A DNA stretch of 64,000 nucleotides, from positions 238 to 64,237 of the IMG/VR virus record IMGVR_UViG_3300017963_000281; one strand, 5' to 3'. The notes beneath the pieces are model-generated. The model was not told the origin of the DNA and did no database searches. It saw only the letters and a program-made list of their open reading frames with translations. Source of the DNA: a virus (Duplodnaviria > Caudoviricetes). Positions 1-10,464 of the stretch are shown piece by piece; within the stretch, counting starts at the first letter, position 1, and each line of letters starts with the position of its first letter. A program made the position numbers and the translations under genes.

Positions 1-480
1 ATGGATCTGGTCACCAAGACGTTCACCTTCGATACGCCATACCAGGAGCTCAGCTGCGTGGCCAATGTCGAGGCCGCCTCCGGAGGCAAGGCCGTCATCC
101 AGGTCGGTGGTGGCATCGATGACGGCCAGGTGTATCAACTGAACTACGGGTCCGCGGATGTCACCGAGCCGATCGTATCGTCGGTCAATATGGAATTCAG
201 CGTTCAGGGCGCGATCCTGCAGCTCGACGAGTTTTTGTTGAGGGTGAAGGCGCAGAGCGCCGGATTCGTTCTGATGATCGTATACGACAACGGAGTAGAG
301 GTGGCCAGCGTTCCCTTGGACCTGAAAGCGGAAGCCGCCGGCAGGACCTTCCGGCGCCACCTTCAGGGCATAAATTTGACCACCGAGCACGCATCGATCA
401 AGCTCGAGTGCTCCAGCCTGGAGACAGAGCTATATCTGCTCGAGCGCGGGTTGTCATGTTGGAAATGGGACGAGGTGTAA
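1..480 (+). CDS. C-terminal part of tail nozzle/tail tubular protein B (5' truncated)
   Basis: Open from base 1; beta-rich sequence; logical continuation of the stop-less ORF at 62180-64000. Confidence 0.7.
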   Translation: MDLVTKTFTFDTPYQELSCVANVEAASGGKAVIQVGGGIDDGQVYQLNYGSADVTEPIVSSVNMEFSVQGAILQLDEFLLRVKAQSAGFVLMIVYDNGVEVASVPLDLKAEAAGRTFRRHLQGINLTTEHASIKLECSSLETELYLLERGLSCWKWDEV

Positions 481-481
481 G

Positions 482-712
482 ATGGACCGATCAAAACAGG
501 CCAGGCACGCCCTGGCAAAAGCTAAACTTAAAGAGGCTGCTCCCAGGCGCGACCTCACCGGAGATTTGACCAGGCCGCACCTGTCCAGGTTCCTGGACTG
601 CAAAGAGATCGATCGGCCGGCCAACATTGATGAGACGCCGGCCTGGTGGAAGCCGGCTAAACACGGCATGGAGGTGAAAAGTGGTAAGGCTAAGCAAGCT
701 CGCTCAAGATAA
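482..712 (+). CDS. Hypothetical protein (76 aa)
   Basis: Starts just after the previous stop; fills the operon gap. Confidence 0.55.
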   Translation: MDRSKQARHALAKAKLKEAAPRRDLTGDLTRPHLSRFLDCKEIDRPANIDETPAWWKPAKHGMEVKSGKAKQARSR

Positions 713-1019
713 AGGGACCTACATCATCCTGATCAACTTTAAGGATGAGACCGGGACCGCCAAGGCGCCCGACACGATGACCTACACCCTCCATGACAAG
801 GACGGAAACGTCATCAACTCCAAAGAAGACCAGACGGTGAGCTCACCATCCGCCCAGGAGCCCATTACCCTGAAGGGCGACGACCTGGCGAACAGCGAAA
901 ACGAGAATATCCCCAGGTACCTGACGGCCTGGGGCACCTATACGTCAGATACTTACGGGTCCGGGCTAAACTGGACCCAGGTTTTTGAGTTTTACATCGA
1001 GCCCGCGAGGATCCTGTAA
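681..1019 (+). CDS. Small beta-rich virion/tail accessory protein
   Basis: GGAGGTG RBS before GTG; TAATG coupling to next gene; tail module context. Confidence 0.65.
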   Translation: MVRLSKLAQDKGTYIILINFKDETGTAKAPDTMTYTLHDKDGNVINSKEDQTVSSPSAQEPITLKGDDLANSENENIPRYLTAWGTYTSDTYGSGLNWTQVFEFYIEPARIL

Positions 1020-4000
1020 TGTCCTGGTTGAGTGGATATAGATACCGTCGCAAGATCACGATCGACAATACGAAGATCGATGGGACTCTTACGGACTTTC
1101 CTGTCGCCCTGCTGATCAATTCGAGCGCCGGCCTGGGGGCTGATGACCTGACAGATATCTTTGGATCCGAGGGACGAGTCTACAAGGACGCCTGGCGCAA
1201 GCGGATCGCGGTGACCACCAGCGACGGCATGACCGAGTGCGCGGTGGAGATCGAGCTATGGGATACGGCAAACCAGACCGCGGTTTTGCATACCAAGGTC
1301 CCGTCTATATCGAGCTCAGCGGATACCGAGATCTATCTCTATTACGGTGCGACGGCGGACAATTCGAATGTCGGAGACCCTGGCGATGCTGCTGCCCAGG
1401 GTGTATGGGATAGCGACTTTGAGGCTGTTTACCACTTAAACGAGAGTCCGACCGGGGCTGCTGGAGACATCCTGGATAGCACCAGTAACGGAAACGATTT
1501 GACCTCAAGTAATATGGATTCCGGAGACCTGGTGGATACGGATGTCGGACAAGGCCTGCAGTTCGATTCAACTGAGGTCCTGGAGTCTGGGGTTGTAGCA
1601 GCCCTGCAAATTGACGGCGATCTATCGATAGAGTCATATCTAAAGAGAACGTCGTCTGGCCTTGCTCTCACGGCCTATATTGTCGAGTGCGCCTCCTCCG
1701 GTGAATCGCTGGCCACCAATTTAATGTACAGTCTTTATTTTTATCCGACGTCGGACCTGCTGTACTGCTTCTGGGAATACGGCGCTGGATCAAATGAAGT
1801 CGTTGGGAGCTCGCTGGCGCTGTCGGACACCTCGGATTACCATTATGTGGGCGTGACTCGAGACGTTAGCGGGAACACGCTCGATTTTTACCTTGACGCT
1901 ACGAGTGACACCGGCGTTAGCTACTCAAACGACCCAGCGAAAGATGCCGGCGGGAACACTCAGGAAATGCGTCTTGGCAACAACCAGAACGGAGACCGAC
2001 CGCTTACGGCAATCCTGTCCGAATACCGTATCAGCTCAATCGAGAGATCGGCTGCCTGGATGAAGGGAACGTATTATGCGCTTGCCGACAGTCTCGTCAC
2101 CTGGTCCGCGGAAGAAGAGCACGCCTGGCTGAGCGGCTACAAATTTCGTAGGAAAATCACCATCGATAATACAAAAATTGATGCTGATTTGACCGACTTC
2201 CCGGTGACCCTTCTCCTGGATGCGACGGCCGGCACCGGCAACGAGGACCTGTCAAAGGTCTTTACAGACATCGGCAAGGACAGCGATCGGAAAAAGATCG
2301 CGGTTACCCTGGCTGATGGTGAGACTGAGTGCTATGTCGAGATCGAGCGCTGGAATACGGTGGCCAAGGTGGCCGTCCTTCATACCAAGGTGGCGAGCGT
2401 CCTGTCAGGCCAGGACACCCATATTTATTTTTACTGGGGTACGACGTCGGACAACTCTACCTATGTCGGCGATACCGGAGATGCCGCAGCTCAAAATGTA
2501 TGGGACTCTAATTTTGTGGCGGTCTATCATATGGGAAGCGATCCGACTGGTGGGTCGGACTCTCTTAAAGATGCGACCGGGGATCTCGACGCGACACCCG
2601 GGAGCATGGAAGCTGCAGATATAATCGCTGGTCATGCCGGTGGCTCAAAGGCTTATACCTTTGATGGTTCTGCTGAATACTGTTCAGCAGGCCTTACTGG
2701 CATAAGTGGCTCTGCCGCCAGAACTGCCGAGCTCGTCGCTGAGGTTCCGTCAGGCTTTTCGGACATTGGCTCAGCGATGTATTTTGGCGACGGAGACACC
2801 GCCTATGCGAAATATGGGCTTAGGTGGGAACATACCGGTGGCGCCGATCAGGGCAAATTTCGTTGCGAATTCCAAAACGCCGCGGTCATGGGATCCGTAG
2901 GATATGACGACGACTCATGGCATCATTTTGTGTCGAGGAACGCGGCTGGAGAGAACACCCACGATACCGAGCTGATTGTCGATGGCGCCCTTGATGGAAG
3001 TGCGACAGGCGTAGGTACGGATACGGCGATAGTTACAGATGGCTCTACGCATGGCCTGCAGATTGCGAGACAGTACACCAGCAGTACCTGGGAGTATGCG
3101 ACTGTAAAGATCTCAGAGGTTCGTCTATCTGATGTCGAGCGGTCGACAGCTTGGATCAAGGCCACATACAATAGCCTGTTCGACACCCTGGTAGCCTGGG
3201 GCGACGAGGAGCGCTACCAGTGGCTGACCGGGTTCAGCTATCGAAGAAAATTCACCATCGATGCCGACGTCATCGATGCCACCCTGACCGATTTCCCGAT
3301 CGCCCTGCACCTGATCAGCTCGGCCGGCATCGGATCCGATGACCTCCGGAGGATATTTGCCGAGAACTCGGACGCCAACCGGAAAAAGATCGCGGTGACG
3401 GGATCTGATGGCCTGACCCAGCATTTTGTTGAGATCGAGGACTGGGATGAGACCAACATGAGAGCTGCGCTGCATGTAAAGGTGCCATCGATCTCGAGCT
3501 CGACGGATACGGACCTGTATTTTTATTTCGGCGGATCCGCGGCTAATACGGACTGGGTTGGGGATACCGGCGACACTCCAGGGACCGAGGTGTGGGACGA
3601 CGACTTCGTTGCTGTATGGCATCTCGCCCAGGACCCAAGCGGTGGCGCTGGCTGTATGCTGGACTCGACCTCTAACGGGAATGACGGGACGCCAAGCGGT
3701 GCCACGGCCTCTGGCGACCTTGTCGATGGGCTCAGCGGCGGGAAGGCCATAGAGTTCGACGAGACTGATGACTATATCAATTTTGGCAGCGCGGCGGTGC
3801 TTGACGACATAGAGACCATCACTATCGAGAGCATTGTAAAAGCTGACGACTGGGGAGAAAGTGGCTACGGTCGCATTGCTGGGAAGGCAGCGGTTAACGT
3901 CGGATGGCAATTTTATCTGATTGAAGACACAAATTACTCATTCCGGTTTTTGAAAGACGCTGGTACAGGCCTTGGGATATGGGAGTCAGACGGGACCGTC

Positions 4001-6292
4001 ACTGCCGATGGTTCGACCTGGCACAACCTCTCCGTAACTCACGATGGTGGAAGCCTAAGCAACGATGCGATTCTGTACCTTGACGGTGCAAACCCAGGCG
4101 TTACGGAGATAGGAACGCCCTCTGCATTGCCATGGGACAGCGAGGCCAGCCAGGACCTATGGGTCGGCGCCAGGAACAACTCGGGCCCGGATCGAGAGTT
4201 TGATGGCCTGATCGGTGAGGTAAGAATATCGGATGCGATCAGGTCGGCCGCCTGGATCAAAGCGACATACAATGCACTGTTCGATACCATGATCACCTGG
4301 TCCGAAGAAGAGGCCTTCACCTGGCTGGGCCAGTACCAATATCGCCGGCAGATCCTGACGGATCCGAGCAAGGTTGATTCCGATCTGTCCAATTTCCCGG
4401 TGATGCTGAACATCAGCTCCTCTTCCGGTACCGGTACCACCGACCTTTCCGCGATCTTTGATGTATCAAATGAATCGTTCACCCTGGACGACGCCTTTAC
4501 CGGCTTAGATGGCGATGCCCCTGACACCCAGCGCTGGCACTACGTTGATCAGGCTGGCAATGGGACAGATGACGCAGCGATCACCAGCGGTGCGATGAAA
4601 AAGACGGTTGGCGGAGGGGGCGTCGACGACAATCTTTACTATATGTTGCCGGTTTGGTTCGAGGGTGATTTCGATATCCAGGTCGATTTTTCAATAGACA
4701 GCGGGCCAGCGACAAACAACTGGTACATCCGGTTCAACATGCTTGAAAGTGCGACATTTACTGAGCCGAACAGTCGGACCTACTGCGGCATTCAATACGC
4801 CGGCGGCAAAGAATACTCTGCCAGGCAGTGGGAAGCAGGATCCAACGGTTCAGAAACAACCACCGCGACGTCAGACACAAGTGGAAAACTACGCATTACG
4901 CGGAGCTTAACAACCATAACTTGCTACTATTGGAACGGGTCCAGCTGGACCCAGATCCAACAATATACCAGCATTACCGTAGTGCCAGTGTTCCCGGCTC
5001 TTCAGTTTGCATCGATGACTGGCTGGCCAACACTGACCGCGAGCTATGATAACTTTACGGTCAATTCTGGAACTCCGACATACATGGATGAAAGGCACCT
5101 CGCGGTCACGACGTCGGACGGCTCAACCAAGACCTATGTCGAGGTCGAGCTCTGGGATCCGGATAACGATATGGCTGTCTTTCATTTTAAGGCGCCCACG
5201 ATAGACTCTGATTATCCAACGCCGTTTTATTTGTACTATGACTGCGACATCCCGGATCCGGATTATGTCGGGTTGGCAGGAGAGGCAGCGGTTGATAGCG
5301 TCTGGGATTCTGATTTTGTTGGAGTCTATCACCTTCATAGGGATCCGAGCTTGGGCTCCTATACCATTAAAGATTCTTCTCAATCCAACAACAATGCAAC
5401 TCCTTCCGGGGCAACGGCCTCAGGCGACCTGGTAGACGGCCTCAAGAGCGCCAAGGCGATAGATTTCGATGGGACTGATGACTATGTGAATTGTGGGAGT
5501 GACTCCTCGTTTGACGACATCTCCCTGCTGACAGCCGAGGCAATAATACAGCCCGACGACTGGGGCGAATCAGGCGCAGGTCGCGTCGTCCAGAAGGCCG
5601 TCGTAAATGAAGGGTGGTCTCTTTTCATTCATAATTCCTATGGTGGGATTGATTTTATCAAAGACGCCTCCGGTGGCCAGGGGCTATGGTACGGCGGGAC
5701 CTTGACCGTCGATGGTTCTACCTGGGCCCACATTGCGGTAACCCATGACGATACAAGCATCAACAACGATCCGCTATTATACATTAACGGCGCCTCGCAA
5801 ACCGTCAGCGAAAGTATGACCCCGAGCGGATCCTGGCTCTCCGACGCTTCTGCAGATGTGTACATCGGAGCTCGGGAAAATTCTGGGGCAGATCGCGAGT
5901 TTGACGGTAGAATCGGCGAGGTAAGGGTATCTAAGGCTATTAGGTCGACAGCTTGGCTGAAGGGCACCAAGAACTCTCTGTTTGATACCCTGATATCCTA
6001 CGGCGCCCAGAGCCAGGTCAACGTCGGAACCCTGAACGTCAACGTCGACCTGAACGCAGTCCAGGTGCAGTTCGGGGTGGGTGCTGCGAGCGTCACCCTG
6101 GCGGTCCCGTTCTTTGCGAACGCAATCGGAATCAATTTTACGCCTGGCGCTATCTCGGTCCAGGAGGGCAACATAATGACCGGGCGACACTTATATGTAA
6201 CAGGCCGAGGGATATCTCCCTTTGCCGAAGGAGAATCCCTGGCTCCGGACATCGACGGTGACGGAAAGCCGGTAAACATTGGAGGCGAATAA
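1019..6292 (+). CDS. 1757-aa tail fibre/adhesin with four DUF2341 + LamG (concanavalin-A-like) units
   Basis: Four repeats starting WLxGYxYRRKITID-like and containing DFPV, VEIExWD, VWDSDFxAVYHL and ExRIS..RSxAWIKxTY. Confidence 0.85.
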   Translation: MSWLSGYRYRRKITIDNTKIDGTLTDFPVALLINSSAGLGADDLTDIFGSEGRVYKDAWRKRIAVTTSDGMTECAVEIELWDTANQTAVLHTKVPSISSSADTEIYLYYGATADNSNVGDPGDAAAQGVWDSDFEAVYHLNESPTGAAGDILDSTSNGNDLTSSNMDSGDLVDTDVGQGLQFDSTEVLESGVVAALQIDGDLSIESYLKRTSSGLALTAYIVECASSGESLATNLMYSLYFYPTSDLLYCFWEYGAGSNEVVGSSLALSDTSDYHYVGVTRDVSGNTLDFYLDATSDTGVSYSNDPAKDAGGNTQEMRLGNNQNGDRPLTAILSEYRISSIERSAAWMKGTYYALADSLVTWSAEEEHAWLSGYKFRRKITIDNTKIDADLTDFPVTLLLDATAGTGNEDLSKVFTDIGKDSDRKKIAVTLADGETECYVEIERWNTVAKVAVLHTKVASVLSGQDTHIYFYWGTTSDNSTYVGDTGDAAAQNVWDSNFVAVYHMGSDPTGGSDSLKDATGDLDATPGSMEAADIIAGHAGGSKAYTFDGSAEYCSAGLTGISGSAARTAELVAEVPSGFSDIGSAMYFGDGDTAYAKYGLRWEHTGGADQGKFRCEFQNAAVMGSVGYDDDSWHHFVSRNAAGENTHDTELIVDGALDGSATGVGTDTAIVTDGSTHGLQIARQYTSSTWEYATVKISEVRLSDVERSTAWIKATYNSLFDTLVAWGDEERYQWLTGFSYRRKFTIDADVIDATLTDFPIALHLISSAGIGSDDLRRIFAENSDANRKKIAVTGSDGLTQHFVEIEDWDETNMRAALHVKVPSISSSTDTDLYFYFGGSAANTDWVGDTGDTPGTEVWDDDFVAVWHLAQDPSGGAGCMLDSTSNGNDGTPSGATASGDLVDGLSGGKAIEFDETDDYINFGSAAVLDDIETITIESIVKADDWGESGYGRIAGKAAVNVGWQFYLIEDTNYSFRFLKDAGTGLGIWESDGTVTADGSTWHNLSVTHDGGSLSNDAILYLDGANPGVTEIGTPSALPWDSEASQDLWVGARNNSGPDREFDGLIGEVRISDAIRSAAWIKATYNALFDTMITWSEEEAFTWLGQYQYRRQILTDPSKVDSDLSNFPVMLNISSSSGTGTTDLSAIFDVSNESFTLDDAFTGLDGDAPDTQRWHYVDQAGNGTDDAAITSGAMKKTVGGGGVDDNLYYMLPVWFEGDFDIQVDFSIDSGPATNNWYIRFNMLESATFTEPNSRTYCGIQYAGGKEYSARQWEAGSNGSETTTATSDTSGKLRITRSLTTITCYYWNGSSWTQIQQYTSITVVPVFPALQFASMTGWPTLTASYDNFTVNSGTPTYMDERHLAVTTSDGSTKTYVEVELWDPDNDMAVFHFKAPTIDSDYPTPFYLYYDCDIPDPDYVGLAGEAAVDSVWDSDFVGVYHLHRDPSLGSYTIKDSSQSNNNATPSGATASGDLVDGLKSAKAIDFDGTDDYVNCGSDSSFDDISLLTAEAIIQPDDWGESGAGRVVQKAVVNEGWSLFIHNSYGGIDFIKDASGGQGLWYGGTLTVDGSTWAHIAVTHDDTSINNDPLLYINGASQTVSESMTPSGSWLSDASADVYIGARENSGADREFDGRIGEVRVSKAIRSTAWLKGTKNSLFDTLISYGAQSQVNVGTLNVNVDLNAVQVQFGVGAASVTLAVPFFANAIGINFTPGAISVQEGNIMTGRHLYVTGRGISPFAEGESLAPDIDGDGKPVNIGGE

Positions 6293-6708
6293 TGCCAGAT
6301 ATTATCTATAACGATTACCTCGAGGAGCTGCATAAAGGGAACATTGACCTGGTCAACGACGTTTTTAAAGCGATCCTGGTAACAGACAGCTACACTCCGG
6401 ATGCAACCGATCACGATTACACGGATGTCAGCGGCGTCGAGGTGGCCGATGGCAGCGGATATACGACCGGCGGGAAAACGATAACCCAGTCATTTGCTGA
6501 GGTGGCCGGCGTGGCGACACTGGATGCTGTCGACCTGACCTGGGCCCTGGCGTCGTTTACTTGCCGGTATTGTATCATATTCGACGACACCCACGCCGAC
6601 GATCTGCTGGTTTGTTGCCTGGATATGTCGGAGAACAAGACCGGGCTGGGAGATGATTTCAACGTACGCTTTAACGCATCCGGGATCATATACGGACAAC
6701 AGGCATAA
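6292..6708 (+). CDS. Minor tail protein (138 aa)
   Basis: IDLVNDVFKAILVTDSYTP...EV..GSGYTTGG pattern common in phage tail proteins; GGAGG RBS. Confidence 0.75.
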   Translation: MPDIIYNDYLEELHKGNIDLVNDVFKAILVTDSYTPDATDHDYTDVSGVEVADGSGYTTGGKTITQSFAEVAGVATLDAVDLTWALASFTCRYCIIFDDTHADDLLVCCLDMSENKTGLGDDFNVRFNASGIIYGQQA

Positions 6709-6711
6709 TCG

Positions 6712-8061
6712 ATGAGGGACTACGGGCGCCGACATTACCTGAGCGATCGGGAATATCAGGAGCAGATGAGAGAGACGACGGACTTCGCTGTCGACTCGAG
6801 GATCAAGCTGCCGCACTCTGAGCACAAAAAGCCCTGGGCCGAGGATGATTACCCGACGATGGAATATGCCTGGGATCCGCCCGGGTTTACTCCTCCTGGT
6901 TTTCCGCCCTGGCCGGATGACATCCCGGATCCGTCAGATCCCGGGACCACTGTAATCCCAGGGGATCCCTGGAACCCTGGAGGCCCTGGGCTCGGCTGCT
7001 TGTTTTATGTTCCGCTGACACCCGGGTTGCTGGACCCAGGAGAGACCGCTTTTGCCAAGCTGGCCAGGCGCGACGATCCGATTGTGGATGTGAAGGTGAG
7101 CGGGCCGGCCGAGCTGGTTAGCGATGCAAAGCTGCTTCAGTTATGCACGGCTGCCGGCCAGGCCCAGGCCGAGAGCGTTTTAGGCAACAACAACCCGAGC
7201 TCGGCCGAATGCGTTATCGTTATTAAAGTCAATGACGAGCTGACAGAAGATGAGCAGGCCGAGACGATCCTTTTTGTCGACGTCACGGCTACGACCAGGT
7301 CCGGAGAGACCTGTCAAACCTCGGCGATTGTTAACCAGGAGAATTGCGACGATGCTGCCGCGGTAACCTATGACGATACAAACAGCCCGGAGACGATCAG
7401 CCGCGGGGAATCTAAGCTGGTCTATATAACCGATGGAGTCCCTCCGTTTAATTGGTCTGTCTCTGGGACCGGGTTTACAATATCATCGCAGACGACAAGC
7501 AGATATGCTCGACTGAGGGCAACCGATAGTGCTTGTGGTTTTGCAACGATCACGGTCACCGATAGCTGCGGTGACTCTGATACTGGCGAAGTCCGATGTC
7601 TGGACGGCAGTGATTGGGTCAACTATGGCGACACTTGCGTTTTAGATGGATACGATCCGGGCGGAGATTGGTATTGGAATGGGACCGCCGGCACTTCTTA
7701 TGTCTACTCGCAAATAACCACAATCTTTGGTGGCAGAAAGCAGTATGAGCGGATCCGCGGAGAATTCGGATGGATAGGATGCGACGGGGATACCGGCTGG
7801 TTAACAAAAGCGGAGTGCGATGCCTGCAAGGCTTCTTTGTGCGGAACGCTTGATGAAGACATATGTCTGGAACCTGACGCCTTCGTTGCTTGGCCTGCAT
7901 ATCCCAATGATGGCGACTACTATTATTGCGGCGGAATGTACTGGTTTGAAGAATGTTATTATGACCATGCGCGGTGGAAAGGACGGCGCATCATTATAAA
8001 CGGAGGGCCTTATGCGCCTGATCTTAATACTCTAATTGGTCAATTATGGGAGTGTACTTGA
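6712..8061 (+). CDS. Cys-rich putative tail/receptor-binding protein with Ig-like segment
   Basis: GVPPFNWSVSG...ATITVTDSCG Ig-like segment; Pro-rich linker; Cys/Tyr/Trp-rich C-terminus. Confidence 0.6.
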   Translation: MRDYGRRHYLSDREYQEQMRETTDFAVDSRIKLPHSEHKKPWAEDDYPTMEYAWDPPGFTPPGFPPWPDDIPDPSDPGTTVIPGDPWNPGGPGLGCLFYVPLTPGLLDPGETAFAKLARRDDPIVDVKVSGPAELVSDAKLLQLCTAAGQAQAESVLGNNNPSSAECVIVIKVNDELTEDEQAETILFVDVTATTRSGETCQTSAIVNQENCDDAAAVTYDDTNSPETISRGESKLVYITDGVPPFNWSVSGTGFTISSQTTSRYARLRATDSACGFATITVTDSCGDSDTGEVRCLDGSDWVNYGDTCVLDGYDPGGDWYWNGTAGTSYVYSQITTIFGGRKQYERIRGEFGWIGCDGDTGWLTKAECDACKASLCGTLDEDICLEPDAFVAWPAYPNDGDYYYCGGMYWFEECYYDHARWKGRRIIINGGPYAPDLNTLIGQLWECT

Positions 8062-8546
8062 TGATAGAAATTACTGACAAGAGATATTCAGAAATCGATC
8101 AGGCCCTGGTGGCTTTTCCGCATGGGCTGCTCCAGGACTTCTCCACCTTTCAGAAATACATTTTTAAGGTTGGGGTCGAGATCTATGAAGTCGACGCTTA
8201 TCTCAAAGAGCACGAGAGGCGCCTCATGGAGGGAGATCCAAGCGATCAAATAATCAAAAACGTGGCGCCAAAAAACTTCGCAAAGCTAATCCCTAAGTGC
8301 AAAGAATGTGGGCTGCCTCTGATGGTTGAGGCGATTAACAATAACCCTCGGCGAATGATTGGTGGAACAGCTAAGAGCTGGTGGGTTTGCCCAGACCGTG
8401 CGTGTGATAGCGATCCAATCCTGAGCGACAGGGGCCCCAGGGAAGAGCTCGAATCTAAGGGCGTTGTGTCTGTTAAACATCATATGAGGAAGGCAATGCG
8501 CCGAAAGACGGCAGCAGCGCAACGAAGGCAAAAGAGAGGTAAATAA
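8061..8546 (+). CDS. Zn-ribbon protein with basic C-terminus
   Basis: CKECG and CPDRAC; TGATG coupling to the upstream gene. Confidence 0.7.
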   Translation: MIEITDKRYSEIDQALVAFPHGLLQDFSTFQKYIFKVGVEIYEVDAYLKEHERRLMEGDPSDQIIKNVAPKNFAKLIPKCKECGLPLMVEAINNNPRRMIGGTAKSWWVCPDRACDSDPILSDRGPREELESKGVVSVKHHMRKAMRRKTAAAQRRQKRGK

Positions 8547-8547
8547 A

Positions 8548-9444
8548 ATGGCAGACAATCAAAGAGACTACTCGGACTTTTGGCAGCTAAAGGACTGGAC
8601 GCCACCGATGGATGACCGCGTGAAACCTTTCACCGGGATGAGTACGGTCCCGGTGCCCGACGTCCAGCTCAAATCGACGGTGCCTCCGTATGTCGCGCCG
8701 TCTCCTGAATCTGGGTATACACCGACAGCGCCGAAGCAAACGAACTACTCAACCGGGTATTATCCGTCCGCATACAACGCGCCGGCCGGCCAACAGTCCG
8801 GCGGCCAGGTGTCAGAGTATGGCGCCGGCATGGACACCTGGCGCTATGGTTCGCCGGCCGATATTCGGAAGGCCAAGTATGCTGCCTCCCAGGGTGGATC
8901 CGGAGGGAGCGGAGGGTCCTCGACGGACCCGAGGCGCACGGTATCCAAAACGACTTATACCCAGCCCAGGCCCCAGGCCCCCAAGCTGCCGACACTCAAG
9001 CTGCCCAAGGTCAACAAGCGGGCGATCGCGGCCCTGCAGCAGAAACATTCCGCGGGCGGTGTCCGCCGGCTACGCCAGGCCCTCCAGGAGTCCTTGGCCC
9101 AAGGGTCCGACAATCCGAACGTCAGGCGGATGACAATCCGAGAGGCCCTCCAGGGATATGGGACAGGCCTCGAGGGCGTCATGGCTGGCGCATATGGGAC
9201 CGCCAGGTCCGAGCATATGGCCGACGTCCAGCAGCAGAGCCAGGAGGCCCAGCTGAATTGGCAGGCCGAGGTCAACCGCCAGAACCAAATGTATCAGCAG
9301 GCGATCAACGAGTATATGGCCAGCGCTGCCAAGTCGACGACAACCGGCTTGGCCAGCGATGTCGGGGAGCCGGCGCCGGCTCAACCGCCCATGTATCTGA
9401 GAAACGCCTATTCCACGCTGCTGCCATACGGACAGCAGGCTTAA
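8548..9444 (+). CDS. Putative DNA ejection/internal virion protein 1
   Basis: P/S/G-rich N-half and Q/A-rich helical C-half; first of three genes of increasing size after the tail genes, as in podoviral ejection cassettes. Confidence 0.65.
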   Translation: MADNQRDYSDFWQLKDWTPPMDDRVKPFTGMSTVPVPDVQLKSTVPPYVAPSPESGYTPTAPKQTNYSTGYYPSAYNAPAGQQSGGQVSEYGAGMDTWRYGSPADIRKAKYAASQGGSGGSGGSSTDPRRTVSKTTYTQPRPQAPKLPTLKLPKVNKRAIAALQQKHSAGGVRRLRQALQESLAQGSDNPNVRRMTIREALQGYGTGLEGVMAGAYGTARSEHMADVQQQSQEAQLNWQAEVNRQNQMYQQAINEYMASAAKSTTTGLASDVGEPAPAQPPMYLRNAYSTLLPYGQQA

Positions 9445-9457
9445 TAGGAGGCCGTAA

Positions 9458-10429
9458 ATGCCGACACTAAGAGAAACGAAGAGCAGGGCGAATGCGACAC
9501 TGATTCCTGGATCGGGTGTCCCTCCGGAGGAGGTGGACCTTAAGAAGCTGGAGACGGACATCTCTCCGTACCTGGTGGATCCAACGCTGGCCCAGCAGGA
9601 GGCCGATGTCGTTAAAAACAGATACGGTGGCAAGGCTATCCAGGACTCGCCAGGCGGATCTCCGCCACTGTACCAGCCTCCGCCGGAAGGTCAGCAGCAA
9701 GGGCCCAAGATGGACTTTTCCAACCGGCCGGCATACGAGCAGATCGTATTCAAGCAGCTGGGTGGAAACCCTTTTGAGGTAGACCCTGTCAACGAACTTA
9801 ACAGGGTCACCCAAGCCGAAATGCCGAATATATTTAACCAGATATTCGCGGGCCAGGTTTCCTGGGAGGACCGCGGCCGGCTGGATCCGACCCAGGCAAA
9901 GCACTTCGAAAGCGAGGTCAAGAAGTTCCGGGCCCATGTCCATGATGGTATTATATCGGACGTCAACCAAAAGATCGCTATGTACAACCAGCTGATGAAT
10001 CGGTTTGACAATGAGCGGAAATATTACGAGGCTGCCACCAAGAAGGTAGAGGCCCAGGTCAAGGAGAGGTTGAACCAGAAGCGCCAGGAACAAAAGGACC
10101 GGGTGGCCAGGTACGATCGGCTGAGCTCCGATAAGCTGCAGGTCAACAAACAGCTTATGGAGATCATGCTTAAGTACCAGGAATATGCCCAGCTATCGCC
10201 TGGCGAGCAGACTCCGGAGATGCAGGCCGTGATCCAGCAATACGAGGCCCTGATGGCAGAAAAGGCCCGCCTGGATTCCGAGCTTAAGTCGCTCAAAGGC
10301 GAGCAGCCGGAAAAGGCGCCGGCGCGCAATGCGGCCGGCAAGGAGAGAAAGGTCGTAAAAAGGAAGGTATTCCCGGATGGACGAAAAGCTGTTGAATACG
10401 ACGACGGGACGCGGGAGTGGGTGCAGTAG
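9458..10429 (+). CDS. Putative DNA ejection/internal virion protein 2 (coiled coil)
   Basis: AGGAGG RBS; Q/E/K-rich helical protein; position before the giant ORF. Confidence 0.65.
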   Translation: MPTLRETKSRANATLIPGSGVPPEEVDLKKLETDISPYLVDPTLAQQEADVVKNRYGGKAIQDSPGGSPPLYQPPPEGQQQGPKMDFSNRPAYEQIVFKQLGGNPFEVDPVNELNRVTQAEMPNIFNQIFAGQVSWEDRGRLDPTQAKHFESEVKKFRAHVHDGIISDVNQKIAMYNQLMNRFDNERKYYEAATKKVEAQVKERLNQKRQEQKDRVARYDRLSSDKLQVNKQLMEIMLKYQEYAQLSPGEQTPEMQAVIQQYEALMAEKARLDSELKSLKGEQPEKAPARNAAGKERKVVKRKVFPDGRKAVEYDDGTREWVQ

Positions 10430-10464
10430 CGATTTGCTCTACAATATGGAGTTGGAGTCTGGGA

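Noticed and set aside
6712-8061. Diversity-generating retroelement target
   Set aside because: No reverse transcriptase recognised and no template/variable repeat pair seen
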